From Anthoceros angustus (Eukaryota > Plantae > Anthocerotophyta), in contig MU008184.1 of the NCBI GenBank assembly GCA_010909165.1, positions 868,001 to 932,000 on the forward strand: a stretch of 64,000 nucleotides of DNA. The letters are read 5' to 3'. Positions 47,296-60,950 of the stretch are shown here, in pieces; the stretch's first letter is position 1, and the number at the start of each line of letters is the position of its first letter. The position numbers and the translations under genes were made by a program. The notes below the pieces were generated by a model. The model worked only from the letters and a program-made list of their open reading frames with translations. It did not search any database and had not been told where the DNA came from.

Positions 47296-50200
47296 TGTGG
47301 AAAATCCTTATGCACCTAGCTAAGTTAGGAAGGCAAAGGAAAGCAAGAGATAATGAATGACGAAGTATATTCAATGAATAATCAAGAGTAAAGTACAAGC
47401 CTTTAAATAGGCTAGGTGGTTGGGTGGTTACAACAACAAGTTTGTTGTAACCATAAGTTATTCAACCATAAGTTGTTGCAACCATAAGTTGTTGCAACTA
47501 ATATAACAACTAACTACCTAAAGCCCTAGGCATAAATAAATGATGAGTCATAACCTAATTACGTAAACCTAAATAAGCTATGGGCATTTAACCCACGATG
47601 GTTATATATTTAACACTCCCACTTAACCTCGACGGGTTAAATCTGAAAATCTACTTTAAATAAAGTCTTATCCAGAAAATTCTCGGTCATATCAGCGTTT
47701 CGGGTTCCCGTTGCCTTGTACACCATGAGCGCGGAGATGAACGGAAGCAAGTGAAGCAAGTGACAAGGAGGTGAGCTGATTTCCATGCCCCAGGATTAGG
47801 TAGGTGTGTGGCTTCATCCACTAGATGCATGGAGAATTAGCTGTGAAGGACAAGAATTAGGACAAGAGCTTGTGAAGACATCACAGTAGGGAGACTAAGT
47901 TTGTTACAGAGCATGTGGGTCTGACCACAATGTAAGCTACCATGTAGTAAAATATTTGGTGAAATCCATGAGGCCCAAGCCCTCTACATGTGTCTGATGT
48001 TTGTGTTTAGGTAGAGGCTTAGTGAGGACATCGGTATTCTGGATGGATGTATACAGGATTGATGATCCCCTAGCCTTGACGTCCCTCACATAATGGTGTG
48101 CAATTTCTATATGCTTCGTCCTAGCGTGAAACCTAGGACGATCAACAAGGGCTAAGGCAGATTGGTTATCACAATACAGTACAGTAGGTGATACCTGCTC
48201 ACAGTGAACTGAGGAGAGGAAGGAACGTGCTCACTCAGCTTCTTTCGCAGCATCTGTAAGGCATTTGTATTCAGCTTCAGTACTTGAAAGGGCGATGCTG
48301 CTTTGTTTCTTACAACTCCATGTGACAGCTGCAGAGGATAAGAAGAACACATATACACCTTGTGCAAGTGGGGTGAAGCTCACCATGTCCCACCACTCTC
48401 GACAGGACATTCAGGATTTTCCCTCACCGTCATTGATTGGCGGTTCCATTTGTGAGCAATTGGACGGCGATATCACATATCGCTAGCACACTTACAGTTC
48501 TGGAATGCCAGCGTAATCACGGGTGCCATCAAGCGGTATTTCGTTATTTGAAGGAACACATCATTATGGCTTATGCTACAAGAGAACGGGGAGTACCTTT
48601 CGGCCTTTGGCCATGTTGAGAATCGATGGGGATACACGCAAGAGCTTGTATATTGGCGGGATGTGCATTGGTCATATTAGCGTTGAAGGATTTACAAATA
48701 TATTTGTGGTGTATGATCACGAGCCCTCTTCACGTATCCTCAACACTTGAATTCCAAGACAAAATTTCGGTTCCCCAACATCCGTCATTTCAAACTCTCG
48801 AGTTCTTCTATCTACTCGTGCTAGATTGTGTGTCATTGCCGGAAGATTGCATCATCAACATAAGCGGCAAGCGGTACATAGGAGGTGCCATCATCATAGA
48901 TATAAGCGGAGGGATCAGCAGGCTCTGGCGAAAGCCCGGCCCCTTGATCCCTTGCATTCCAACGCTCTGCGCTTTGTTTAAGACCATATATGCATTTGAT
49001 AAGTCGACATACATAGTCTCGATGATCGGGATCTTCGTATCCTTCGGCATTCCATACGCTCTTCCTCCAAAATTCCATGCAAGAAGGCCGTTTCACATCC
49101 ATCTGCTGCAGCTCAAAATCACGCTCAGCAGCTAAAGCAAGCATAAGACGGATTGATTGAGAGCGTACCACCGGAGAGAAGGTCTCTTGAAAGTCCAGAC
49201 CAGGTATTTGCGTGAACCCACGTGCACAGAGCCTTGCTTTGTATCTTGCTATGTTGCCATTAGCATCTAATTTATGCTTAAATACCCATTTGCATGTTAT
49301 GGGTTTACGCCCCTTTGGTCGAGGAACAAATTTAATAGCCTCATTCTGTATGAGGCTATTAAATTCATCATCCACTGCGTACTTCCACTTATCCCTATCT
49401 GGACCTGAACATGCTTCTTTGAGGGTGACAGTTCGAGGGAGGGATAGCAAGGAGGCATTGTGTGGGCAGTGTGCAAACTCCCACTGACTTGCGAAAGTCG
49501 ATGGATGTGTAAGGGGGCTCTATCCATTCAGATGGAGGACGATGCACACGGGTGGATCGACGCACCGGTTGAGGAGCATTCTCTTCAGGTAAATGGTCAT
49601 TCTCATCAGCAGAATCATAGGCATGAGAAGAACTGTCAGGTTCAGACTCTGAGTCTACATGATTTTCTGGGTTCTCAGGTTGTTCATGATCTGAATTTTC
49701 AGCATCGGCAGCAGGTGCATCTACTTGTGCATCAGCAATGGAGGATCAAGATCTGGTTGGTCGGGGCTCTGGAATTGGTGGGTTCTGGTGAGCGGCGGGA
49801 TGTACATGTTGCAAGGGTGGAATATCTGGAGCAGTATCTCCATCAACATCATCAGGGTAGTCAGAATGTTCCTCTGCGAATGTCAAGTTACCATCATGTT
49901 GAGCAGGCAAAACGCTGTCCCCTGTGATTGGTGGCTCCAATGTCTCCAGAAAGGTCACACTCCTTGCTACAGTTGGCTGTAAGGTGTCTGCATCAATGAG
50001 TTTGTAGGCTTTAGCAATTTCGCTGTACCCAACAAATACTAACCCCTTTGAACGATTGTCGAGTTTACGCCTTCTCTCAGCAGGTATGTATGCATAAGCT
50101 TTCGAACCAAAGATGCGAAGATGCATGATACTTGGTTTTCTCTTCCAGAATCTCTCAAAAGGCGTACAGTCAGGGACTGAATGTGATGGAAGTCTGTTGA

Positions 50201-53200
50201 GTATATATGTAGCTGTAACTACAGCTTCTGCCCAATATGGAGAAGGTAATCCTGACCACAAGAGCATTGATCTCGTCATTCCCATCAATGTTTGATTCTT
50301 TCGTTCTGCGACCCCATTTTGCTGTTGGGTATATGGAACGATAAGCTGATGAATAATGCCTTGGCCGGTCAGGAACTCCGTGAAGGCATGGCTGACAAAT
50401 TCACCACCGTTGTCAGTCCTGAAAAGCTTTAGCAAACGACCAGTTTGGCGCTGCACCATGGTTAACCAATCCTTGAAGATAGAAAATGTATCACTCTTAT
50501 GATGCATAGGGTATGTCCACGTATACCGGCTATAGTCGTCAGTTAATGTCAAATAATAGGTTGCACCACCTAGTGACCGAGTTTGTAGCACGATATGTCG
50601 AATGCACTAAGTCGAGGGGCGATGTTGACTGTGTGCAGTGCTCTTGGAAAGGGAGTCTCGTTGCTTGGCAAGAGTGCAAACTTCACAAATGGGGAGCTCA
50701 TTAAAACAACGTGGAAGAGGCTCACGATAGTAGTCCCGCTTAGAGATATCAATGAGTTTAGTTACATTAGCATGGCCAAGGCGTGCATGCCCTGCCGGCC
50801 CGCTGTTGTGAAAGCCAATGTAGTAGAAAATGCTTCATCGGAGGAGAAAATGTCTAGACGGTACAATTCAATCTACAAAGGCTTTGAAGATACAAATGTT
50901 TGGAGCACTACGTCTAGAGAAACAACAAGCGTCATCCGAGGCAAGGACTAGATCCTTCATCTTCATCAATTTGCTAAGTGACATCAAATTCTTAGCCATC
51001 TTTGGTACATACAAGAGGCGTCGGGAAGAACTAACACACTATCGTCGTGTAGGGAAACTTAGACTCCTCTACCAAGGATAAGACTACTCCCACACTCTCA
51101 TCACCCAAGTATACCTTTTCGATTCTTGATAGTGTCAAAGCGGTAAAGAGAGATGCATCCCGGAGATATGGGCCGTGGCCCCTGAGTCCAAAACCACCAA
51201 TCCACCTCACTCGTCAAAGTGTTATTAAGACAAGCGAGAATCTTCACTCGCTTGCAATTTGTGGATGTTGTTGAGGACTGTCTATCTTGAGCTTGTTGTG
51301 TGGTCATGTGTGCGGAGGGTCGAGAAAAAGCCCGTTGAGGCTCGCCACTTTCTTCTTAGGCATTCCGTGCCCAATGACCGAGTACCACACCAATTGCATG
51401 TACCTTCTTGCTTCGAGTAGAGGAAGATGAACCGGTGTTGCCGGTGTGTAAGAACCGGGCCAAGACGTTGATTATTTCTCCCCTTCCTCCGCCTCGCCTC
51501 TAGTTGCTGAAAAACTTTGTCGGTTTTGTGTTGCTTTTGCTGCCCTCTCATAAGTCGTGTCATTCTTCTTGGTATAGGGCTCCCACAACAGCCTCCAGCG
51601 AAGGGGTTGGAGTTCCAGTGAAGGGACTGCCCAGGAAGAGCAATGGGCATATTCTGAGTAGTGACAAAAGTTTGATAGCTTGCGGGAAGTGACCCATTGT
51701 GCCGCTGCGTCGACAGTCATAGGACTCCCAAGTGCATTGAGTTGGGATCGCAAGCGTCGAAACTTGCTAACATGATGTGACACGGACTCACCATCTCTCA
51801 TGCGCAGTCGCAAAGTTCAAGGATTGCACAAAAGGTCATCATGTTCAACCTTGTAAGTATTTGATAATTGGTCCCATATATCCTTGGCTTTAGTCAAGTA
51901 TTCGGTTTCAGGAATAAGGTCAGCATCCAAGCCGTTAACCAAAAGAGCAATGGCGATGCTATTGAAGCCATCCCACTTGTCCTTGTCAGCTTGAGTAACA
52001 TTTGCAGCAGTTCCTTGTGCACGAGGGACACCGGGGTCCGGATAGGAGCCATCAACAACACTCCAAACGCCACGAGCTACCAAGGTAGTCTTCATACGGA
52101 CCTTCCAAATGTCAAATCTCGTCCCATTGAAGCGGTCTTTGTCCTTGATATCAGATGTGAATGAAGGTGTTGCCATGGCGGTTGAATGTCAAGTGAGCAG
52201 AACTATAGTAGGACTGCTACAAGAGAGATGTCTACGAGTCAATAGAAAATGTGTGGGAGATTCATATATAGGTAACTGCCTAAATGTGAAGGGTGCCCTA
52301 AAAAATATAAAGGGTGCCCTAAAATCCAAAAAACTAACTTCAAATCTGAAACGTGCCCTAAAAACGAAGGGTGCCCTAAAATCCAAAAAAACTATCTTAA
52401 AATCTGAAACGTGCCCTAAAAACGAAGGGTGCCCTAAAAATTAATAAGAAAATTCATGTGAATTTTCTGGTGGCAGGGGAGGTGGTTATAATAACTGTTT
52501 TTTTTTTTATAACTACCTATTGGCAACAAAGAAATTGGGCAGCAAAGAATGCATGCAAAGAATTGCAGATTTGCAGCAAATCTCAAGCAAAAAACAAGCA
52601 ATTTCTTGCTCCAGCGTGATAGAAGTGGGCTCCCAAGCAATGCGCACCAACGCAATCATCCCCTCCGCAGTGTCAAAGAACAATATCATCAGGGCTTTGC
52701 CCTGATTGGCCCAATTTTTGCATTTTCTTCAAATCTGATTGTTGCATAAATAATTGGATCAAATGTTGGGTTGCAGATACACCATCACTTATATCCTTGG
52801 TGCATTGATTAATGCTATGCTGCAATCTCTTCTCCATATCATGCAAGGCTGTGAGAAAGAGATCTTGTCTTGCAATCAATTGAGAAATTCGAACATCAAG
52901 TCTTCCATAGTGATAGTTGATCAATTTTGATAGTGATTCACTAGAGTCTGGGACATAATCATCATTTTCTTCATCGATATTGCCTCCCTCTCGATCTCTC
53001 ACCTGATTACGATCGCTGCGTTCTTGTGCTTGCCTCCCCGCGCGCGGATGCGATGCGATATTCGTCAAAATATTGGCTCCATGGTCCGTTGCAAGTTGGA
53101 GGAACCGTTGTACACAGAGTTGCGTGGGAAAACCTCACGCATAAGTGGTGATGCACGGAGTCCCTCCTGAGGCATTGCACAAAGAACAAAAATCGTGAAG

Positions 53201-53540
53201 TGGCATCGGGCTCGATACCATGTGGAAAATCCTTATGCACCTAGCTAAGTTAGGAAGGCAAAGGAAAGCAAGAGATAATGAATGACGAAGTATATTCAAT
53301 GAATAATCAAGAGTAAAGTACAAGCCTTTAAATAGGCTAGGTGGTTGGGTGGTTACAACAACAAGTTTGTTGTAACCATAAGTTGTTCAACCATAAGTTG
53401 TTGCAACCATAAGTTGTTGCAACTAATATAACAACTAACTACCTAAAGCCCTAGGCATAAATAAATGATGAGTCATAACCTAATTACGTAAACCTAAATA
53501 AGCTATGGGCATTTAACCCGCGATGGTTATATATTTAACA
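47296..53540 (-). mobile_element. Ty1/copia element C3, full length and youngest
   Basis: 320-bp LTRs at 47296-47615 and 53221-53540 differing at 2 sites; TSD GCGTT; PBS TGGTATCGAGCCC 53208-53220; PPT from 47616; gag 51817-52176, integrase 49746-50591, RT 48833-49450. Confidence 0.96.
52289..52440. repeat. GTGCCCTAAA-motif array with about 61-bp higher-order repeat in the C3 leader
   Basis: Six GTGCCCTAAA motifs. Confidence 0.85.
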
Positions 53541-54334
53541 GCGTTGTTGTGAACCTGTATTGGAGACAGAAGAAAGAGGACCTGCATGTAGATTTGGGAT
53601 GTGATCAAGAGCGAGTTCTATTGCTTTCACTTGACTTAAACTAAAGATAGTAAGCAGGTGTCTTCTAGCAATTTCTATTTGCCTCCCTTGATCTTCTACT
53701 TTGATTAGAATAGAGCCAATGAAGTTAGCAATAAGTATGGAATCTCCTACTATCTGGCTATACTTCCTAGCAATTCTAATCTTTGCATTCCTGTATTCTA
53801 TATCTTGTTTTGCAGCCTTAATCTTCTTCCAATAACCTTGCTTGTAGGATTAAAAGAATCCATCGCATTGGAGCAAGGATTGGATGCACGAGTGTGCATT
53901 ATTGAAGATTAGGGAACTGCATGAAGCATCAATCTATGACATGCAATCTGAAGAATCTATACATCTTCTAAAAAGAAATGAAGAAGAAGATGAAGAAGAA
54001 GTGTAGATCGCATGTCAAGTTGCCCAATGCAAATGGAGAGCAGCAATGCTCGATACCATGATGAGAATCATAGCTCTAGGTAGCAAAACATAGCGGATAG
54101 TAGAAAGCTTTGCAAAAAGAGTTGTATGCATTGATAATAGAAAGTACAAAGCCTTTATATAGGCTAAGTGGTTACAACCATAAGGTGGTTGTAACCATAA
54201 GTAGTTCTAACCTCTAAGTGGTTGTAACAACTAACTACTCAATAAACTACCTAAAGCCCTAAGAACTAAATTAATTAATAGTCTTAGGTGTCCTAGTGAA
54301 GAGTGCCCTAAATAGGTCATATTTCATCAACGTA

Positions 54335-54660
54335 TCTGTCAATTGAGTCCATACTTCTGCTGCTGTTGACAAAAATTCAACTTCTGTCACTGTGGCCTCG
54401 TCTAGGCCCGACAGTAGTATAGCAAATGCAAGTTTGTTACCCTTCTTCCACTTATCTATGCCAGTTTGCTGTGCTGTAGATGCTTGTTTGGAAATGGTGC
54501 CATCGACATACTCCAGAACGTCCCTGGCATCAAGAATGGCTTTCATTCAAGCACGCCAGCTCTCAAAGCGGTGGGGCTTCCCATCAAAGCGATCTTTTTC
54601 CTTAAAGTCACCAGAGAAGGAACATCCCACTGTGAAGGAGGTTGATGCTGCAGTATTCAT
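54335..54660 (-). pseudogene. gag: C0 gag N-terminus
   Basis: DFKEKDRFDGKPHRFESWRA; AILDARDVLEYVDG; KWKKGNKLAFAILL. Confidence 0.88.
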
Positions 54661-55608
54661 GGCTCCAGTCCACCACGAAGCTGCAAAGCGTGCTTGAAGT
54701 TGATCAAGAGCATACGTATATGGGAATGTGTGCGCCCGTGACATGCCGCCACGACACGAACGACGTGGGAAGTAAGCAACAGACCCATCACTACGAAACG
54801 CTATCCTGTCATGCAAACTTATGCTTAATTTAACTTAATTAAATAATTTTACCCTAACCGTCACATGTCCCAAGACTTGGAACGTCATGTCTATCTGATG
54901 TTGTCTGTTGGTAGAGCTGCAGGCATCCTCCGTGTCAAGAAGAAATCAGGCATGAAGAAAAGCTGCGCCCTTTTGTCACCACCTTCCTCTGAAGATTGTG
55001 ACGTTTCAGATCTGGTTACATCAGCAAGGTAGGGAGCCCAAACTCTCAAGTGTGGGCATCAGGGATGCTAGCAGATCAGCAGCAGTTGGCTGGCTTGGAG
55101 CAAATCGTGTAAATGGTACTGGGGCAACATTCATTCTGGTCACTCCTGTTGAGATGTCCTCAAGAATTCGCAGTACTGTCTCCAGGCGTTCTTCCAATGC
55201 TGCAATTCTAATGTAGATTAGTTGCCGCTGAAGTTCTCCAGTATCAACACGAGCTCCGATTGCTGCATCCCTTTCTCTGAGTTCTTGTGCAGGATTCACG
55301 CGAGGAGTTGGGAGGCTGGCCTCTTCAGCACGGTGGTACTCAAAATCCGTGCATCAAAGTGGTGGAGAGTCTCTTGAAGCTTGCTATCCCGTTTCTGATC
55401 TTTGGCTTTGGGCAGGATTACTGTTCCTCCTAAAGCCGTGAGGACCCAGCTCTCCTCTCCTCCGTGTCTTCCTGGTTCTTACACCAGCATGATCGCTGTG
55501 AGGCCCTACTTGTAGTGTCCTGTGCTAGGATGCAGTGAGACAATGCCAATTCTGCATTGAGTCTAGACTACAATCAGCCACAGGGCTACAGCCAGGGCTC
55601 TAATACCA

Positions 55609-55782
55609 TGCTAATTTACGAGCATGTGTGCAAGACACCAACAATACTCAAAAGCAGGAATACAAGAACTACTATACTTTACTCGCAATTAAAGCGTCTT
55701 ATATACAATGCGTTTTCGTAACCCTAAAATACTTAACCCTAATGTAGGTTATAAACATTAAATAACCCTTCGTTATTCAACA
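55609..55782 (-). repeat. C0 5' LTR (174 bp) with PBS at 55596-55608
   Basis: TG...CA boundaries next to TGGTATTAGAGCC (iMet-type PBS, one mismatch). Confidence 0.75.
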
Positions 55783-56700
55783 TTGCTCTCTAAAATTAGC
55801 TTCATCCTCAATCTCTTCCACGCCCATTGCAAAATCATCTTCCGGGCACATCTCAGTCTTTCAAACTTATCAAGACACTCTTGATCAGGAACCACTTCTG
55901 GATGGGGGGCAACCAGAGGCATTGAAAACTCACCAACCTCAGAAGGCATGGCAGCAGCCTTGTTGGCCTGCTGCAACAAACCTGCCCCACAGACACTTCA
56001 CAGCATTCAGTACCATGGTGTCATTAGTGATCAAATGCTCATTTTCACCAACAAAATCCACTCCTCTCTCAGTAACAGGGACGTAGTTCGTGATCTCAGA
56101 TAAAGGGCCTTCCACAAAAGGAACTGGACGAGTGTCCAATCTTCTTCTCTTTTGAGCAAACTCGGCTGCGCGCCGAGCAGCCAATGTAGAAGAAAAACGC
56201 CTTGGCAACTTTGGACACTCCTTCATTGGAACCAAATACGTTCCCTCACTATGGACAAGAACGCCATGGGTTTTACCGTCATCATTGAGAGGATGAGTTG
56301 CAGTATGTGCAATGGCAGACTTGACTCGTTATCTTGTATAGGGCTTTGACATGACTTCAGACATATGTACTTGTTTTTTCCCGGGTCCAGCAGGTCCAGT
56401 AGGTTTTCTTTTTGGAGCCATCTGAAAAAAGAATAATGTGAGACAAGCACTACAGGAACACAAAGCAAAAATGTAAAACAACACTTGTTGGACTTACTTG
56501 TGAAAAACATAATTCGAGATAAAACCTGCTGGAAAGTTTAGAAGTTGATGATCAGATGATCGAGGCAGAAGCAACGACGATGGTAACAAGTGTGACAGCA
56601 ACAACATCTGACGATGACACCCATGCTTGACTTCCCTTTGCTTTTTGATAAAGATGCGACGGATAAACATCTTCCACCTTATCGTTCTAAACATGCACGC
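55783..56700 (-). pseudogene. unidentified spliced gene fragment, apparently interrupted by C0
   Basis: Consecutive overlapping ORFs 55773-56510 with a GTAAGT...TTTTTCAG intron near 56422-56498; includes the Cys-containing segment KYICLKSCQSP. Confidence 0.4.
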
Positions 56701-56899
56701 CCTCAAAAAAAGCATTCCAAATAACACATGCAATTCACCCATTTTGATACCCAACTGGCAAGAGAGACAAACACATATTAACATTAAACAACCCGAAATC
56801 AGGAAATCAACCACACGAAGCTTTTCGCCGCAAGATTTTCCAGAAGGAATTGGAGCAAACCCTCCCAAGCGTTGCAATCCCCTACAAACAACAGGGACC

Positions 56900-59810
56900 C
56901 TTTTGAGCAAGTGAAATGCCTCTACACTACCAAATCCTACAAATAGGATTGACAATTACTACAAACAATACAAAAGAAGCTTACAAATTAAACACACACA
57001 GTTATACAACGACACCTCACAGTTTCCTCGAGCACGGAGAACACAGACTTGCAACAGAAAACTTTAAAATCAATACTATGTTACAGTCAAACCGACGCGT
57101 GTCATATGCGATACAGAGACAAAAAAACATGCCTTACTTTCAGGAACCAATAAGTAAAGATACAAACAAGCTCAGTCAATAGTCAGACACTCACTCAGAT
57201 AGACAGTTAATTCAGAAACACACTCAGATGGTTAGTTAAAATTCAGACACAGATAGACAGTTAACACTCAGACCGGCGAAATAACACTCAGACAGACACC
57301 AGACAGGCAAAGAGACACATACACAATCAGACAAAGCAAAGACACAACACAGAAAGACACTGAACCAGCCAGGTACAGGTATGGATCAAACAACAGTGAA
57401 AGTCACACATAAGGTGAAAGTGTAACTGTTACTCAAGGGTAGCAGCTGTCACACAAACGGTGTATAAGAACAAAAACAAAGAAAGTCACACAACAAGACG
57501 AGATGACTCAAGTCGCAGAATAACACTCACATACAAAAGAACCCTGCATGTATAAAGACAAAAAGACATGGAATCAGACAACTAATATAAACAATCAACA
57601 GGACAGCAGACCTACTTCTTCAGCTGAGGCCTTGAAGTGATGCTAAAAACACCTTGGCCTTTAGAACCAACTTCGGAAGTAAACAACCTTGGCCCTTGAA
57701 ACAACACCATCAAAAACGACACAGACAGACCTTTGCCCTCGAAACATGAAAGACGTTGAACTTAACAAAAGAAAGTCCCTCCAACAACAAAAACATTGAG
57801 CACAGACAACGATGCCTTGGTCTCAGCCAATCTTACTCCCGACAACTAAACAAGCACTTCATGTAGTATAACGAGAAATAACCAATAACCAAAGGAGAAA
57901 ATTAGAAGACGTAACAGAGTAGCCAACTTCACAACGAAACAGAAGAGCTTAACCATATACCTTAGACAAGGACCGAAGGATAGCCCAAACTACAACCTGC
58001 ATAGACAGGTATTGAAACAGTGATCTTAGTTAACAGTAAAACAAGAAGACTATCATAAATGAACTAACAGACAAGAAGCCTGACAAAGAACTACAAATCT
58101 TAACTATTCTTACAGTTTGCACAGACAATTGAAGACCATCCAATCCCGTGTGGATTACTTCTTGCGGCCAATTACTCTCTGTGTCTCACGCAAGTACAAC
58201 AGACAGTAAGAACAGCACTGATCAACAACATGAAACAATGACGTAATGCTGACAGCCACATACCTGAGAGCATCTCCCGAGAAAACAACCTGCATGAAAG
58301 ACAGAGTAAGAATGATACCTTGACAAAATCAAATGTACTTGAAACAACGCGAGCAACACAACCAAACTACTATGCAGGACATTGTCTACTGACAGGCAAA
58401 AACTAAAACGACAAACAACAAAACTTAAATTGTGAAAACACAGGACACACAGTTGAAATACTAAACGATCCCGGTTTACATCCTGAAGTAATTCCCCTAT
58501 TACGTCTCGACCTAAACCGGCAAACTTGTCTGCATCAAAACAAGCAAGCAGATAGTAAGGAACAGAAAGAGAGGGAGGCCCGTGCAGTAAGACGGAAGCA
58601 ACCAACCACACAATATCCAAAATGAGAGGAAATCAACACGCTGTCACAACAACTTTGACTTATATAGAACGTTCAAGGTACTTTGAAAAACAGCTACATA
58701 CAAAAAGATTCAAACGAAAGTTGCAAGAAAAAACCTAACTACACGGAGTCAGAACGCAGGTCACAGCACAGAGCAGCAGTGTAAGCGACCACGAAACCAA
58801 AAGAAATCAAGAAGAACACACATACAGATTACTTACAACAAGCAAAGCAAAAAATAGCAACCAAATTGCTGGTTGGAAGGTGGGTTAGAGAATCCAGAAA
58901 TCACAACATGCAGCTGCGCTTGGCGAGAACTAAGCAAGCTACAATCGCAAAAGGTCGAAAGCTCTCAATCGAAAAGGATCTGAACTTGCGCTTCCGCCAA
59001 GTGTCAGTGCTGATCGTTTTAAAAAAAACGAAACAGATGGACGGGCTGGCGTAACGGAAAAGCTTAAGATCAACGACGCACGAGGAAGAGAAGGAATATC
59101 GACAAACTACATGCAGAAACAAAGCAAGAACTTCACAGCATACAAAGTGATAGGCCAAGAGACAACAAGCGAGGCCTAAGCGAGGCGCCATCAAACAAGA
59201 ATACCTTCAACAGCAAAAGCCCCGAAAGATACACAAATACAGGCCGCGATGCACACAGAGACCGGTAAGCGAGAGCCGAAAGCACTACCGCCATAGCAAA
59301 CAGACACAGCACCAAAAGCGCAGCAAACACAAACAAGAGCGATACTTCGAGCGTACAACTGAGCAAAAGAAAACTAAGCAAACCACAAAAGAGCCATGTG
59401 AAACAAGGACCGCGACGTCACATTGAGCAAAACGGCCTTAACCTTTAAGCTAACAAAGACCTTGGCCTTCGGTGCCGAAAAACACCTTGGCCTTCGGACT
59501 AAGAACCACCCTTGACCTTCAAAGCAGGAAAACAACTTGCCCTTCGGACCTAGAAGACCCCTTGGCCTTCGGAAGAACCTTCGGAACAGAGCAACAAAAC
59601 GACCTTGCCCTTCGAAACAAACTTGAGAAAGACCTTTGCCTTGGAACAAAGGCTGGAAAAAGGCCTTAGCCTTCGGAGCAGAGCCTGAAAGAACCTTGGC
59701 AAACGAAAAGACTGGACAAAGGCCTTGGCCTTCGGAGCAGAGCTTGGAAGCACCTTCAACTTCGAAATACAGCATGTAAAAAGACCTTGGGCTTTGGAGA
59801 AGCCATTTAA
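56900..59810. repeat. strand-asymmetric A/C-rich low-complexity region ending in CCTTGGCCTTCGG-like dispersed repeats (59400-59810)
   Basis: Strong A/C excess on the + strand; more than ten CC(T)TGGCCTTCG(G/A) variants. Confidence 0.7.
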
Positions 59811-60379
59811 ACAGGCCAGCAAACCCTAGACAATCTCCCTCTCTGTTGGCACCGCCATTCTCTCTCTACCGAAGCTCATTTGAATTCACCGAACCTAGTT
59901 TTCCGAGCGGATTCCAATCCTGCGTAGGTTCGCCAATCGCTGCCGCCACCGCCTGCTCACTCAAACCTAATTTCTTTGTTCCAAACCTAGCTTAACTACG
60001 CACTGTCTCCGAACCCCGGGCGTGAGGCAAGCCGCCGTCAATCACGGCACGCACACACACCATCAAACCATCCGAACCTAATTTTTCAGTACTTAAACAA
60101 GTTCCATCTGCTTTCCGCTGCATCACCATCACAGCCTCCCCACCTTCTTGTTGCTACCATCCTCGCGGAGATTTTGGCGCTCGGTCAAGGTCTTTATGCT
60201 CGGCGTTCTGGCCCTTGGCGAAGGATCCGCTCATGAGGTCTTGGCGCCGACGCTCGGGTGCTCACGAAGCTCGGCAACGCGAGGTTCCTGGAGCTGGCGG
60301 AGGTTCCGGCTCCGCATGAGGTGCTGAAGTCGGAGGTTTTCCGCTGGCGGAGGTTCTCATGGGTGCGCCCCTCATGCTT

Positions 60380-60950
60380 TTGAAGCCTCATCCACAGCCC
60401 CGTGGTGTCCTTGGAGAGCGTAACGCCATCCAGATCCGCGATCGCCTGTATTGCCCACCACACTAGCACTTGCGATGGGTTTGCCTTCCACTAGATTTTT
60501 AGACATCACCAACCCATCGAATGAGAAAATAGCCACCGACATCTCGCTTTTGCTTTTCAGTGGACGACATCCTCTTACGCCGCCCTTACGTGACCACAAC
60601 GCCAACCACAATTCCGCACCTAGCATCCTTGTAGAGGTTCTTGCGAAGGTGCGTCCCTTGGCGTTTTTGCTAGAAGCCTCATCCACACAGTCTGGCTGGT
60701 GTCCTTGGAGAGCGCCCAACGTCATCCAGATCTGCGATCAGCCAGGTATTGCCCACCACACTAGCACTTGCTTGCTGATGGGTTTGCCTTCCACTAGATT
60801 TTTAGACATCAGCCAACCTACTGAATGAGAAAATAGCCACTGACATCTCGTTTTGCTTTTCAGGCTGGACGACATCCTCTTACGCTCAGCGCTCCTTACG
60901 TGACCACAACGCCAACCACAATTCCGCACCTAGCATCCTTGTAGAGGTTC
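60380..60950 (+). repeat. about 290-bp tandem duplication containing an intron-like segment
   Basis: Two copies of GAAGCCTCATCCAC...GTATTGCCCACC...TTTTGCTTTTCAG...CATCCTTGTAGAGGTTCT. Confidence 0.85.

Larger units (their letters stand above)
29709..54329 (-). mobile_element. Ty1/copia element C2 (about 7.3 kb once nested inserts are removed)
   Basis: LTRs 29709-29988 and 54059-54329 (TGATGAGAATC...CATATTTCATCA); TSD ACGTA at 29704-29708 and 54330-54334; PBS TGGTATCGAGC 54048-54058; PPT 29989-30000. Confidence 0.93.
19457..55782 (-). mobile_element. Ty1/copia element C0, split by nested C1 and C2; 3' LTR missing
   Basis: Pieces 19457-21843, 28299-29708 and 54330-55782 rejoin at both TSDs (RSDNGGEFIGHKYD|SLLEEYGI; WTQLTDT|..RNILTLVAARNDF). 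The RNase H end abuts module B. Confidence 0.88.

Noticed and set aside
58222-59822. Hydrophobic minus-strand ORFs as membrane or env proteins
   Set aside because: The L/V/F/C richness follows from G/T-rich low-complexity DNA; no domain signal.
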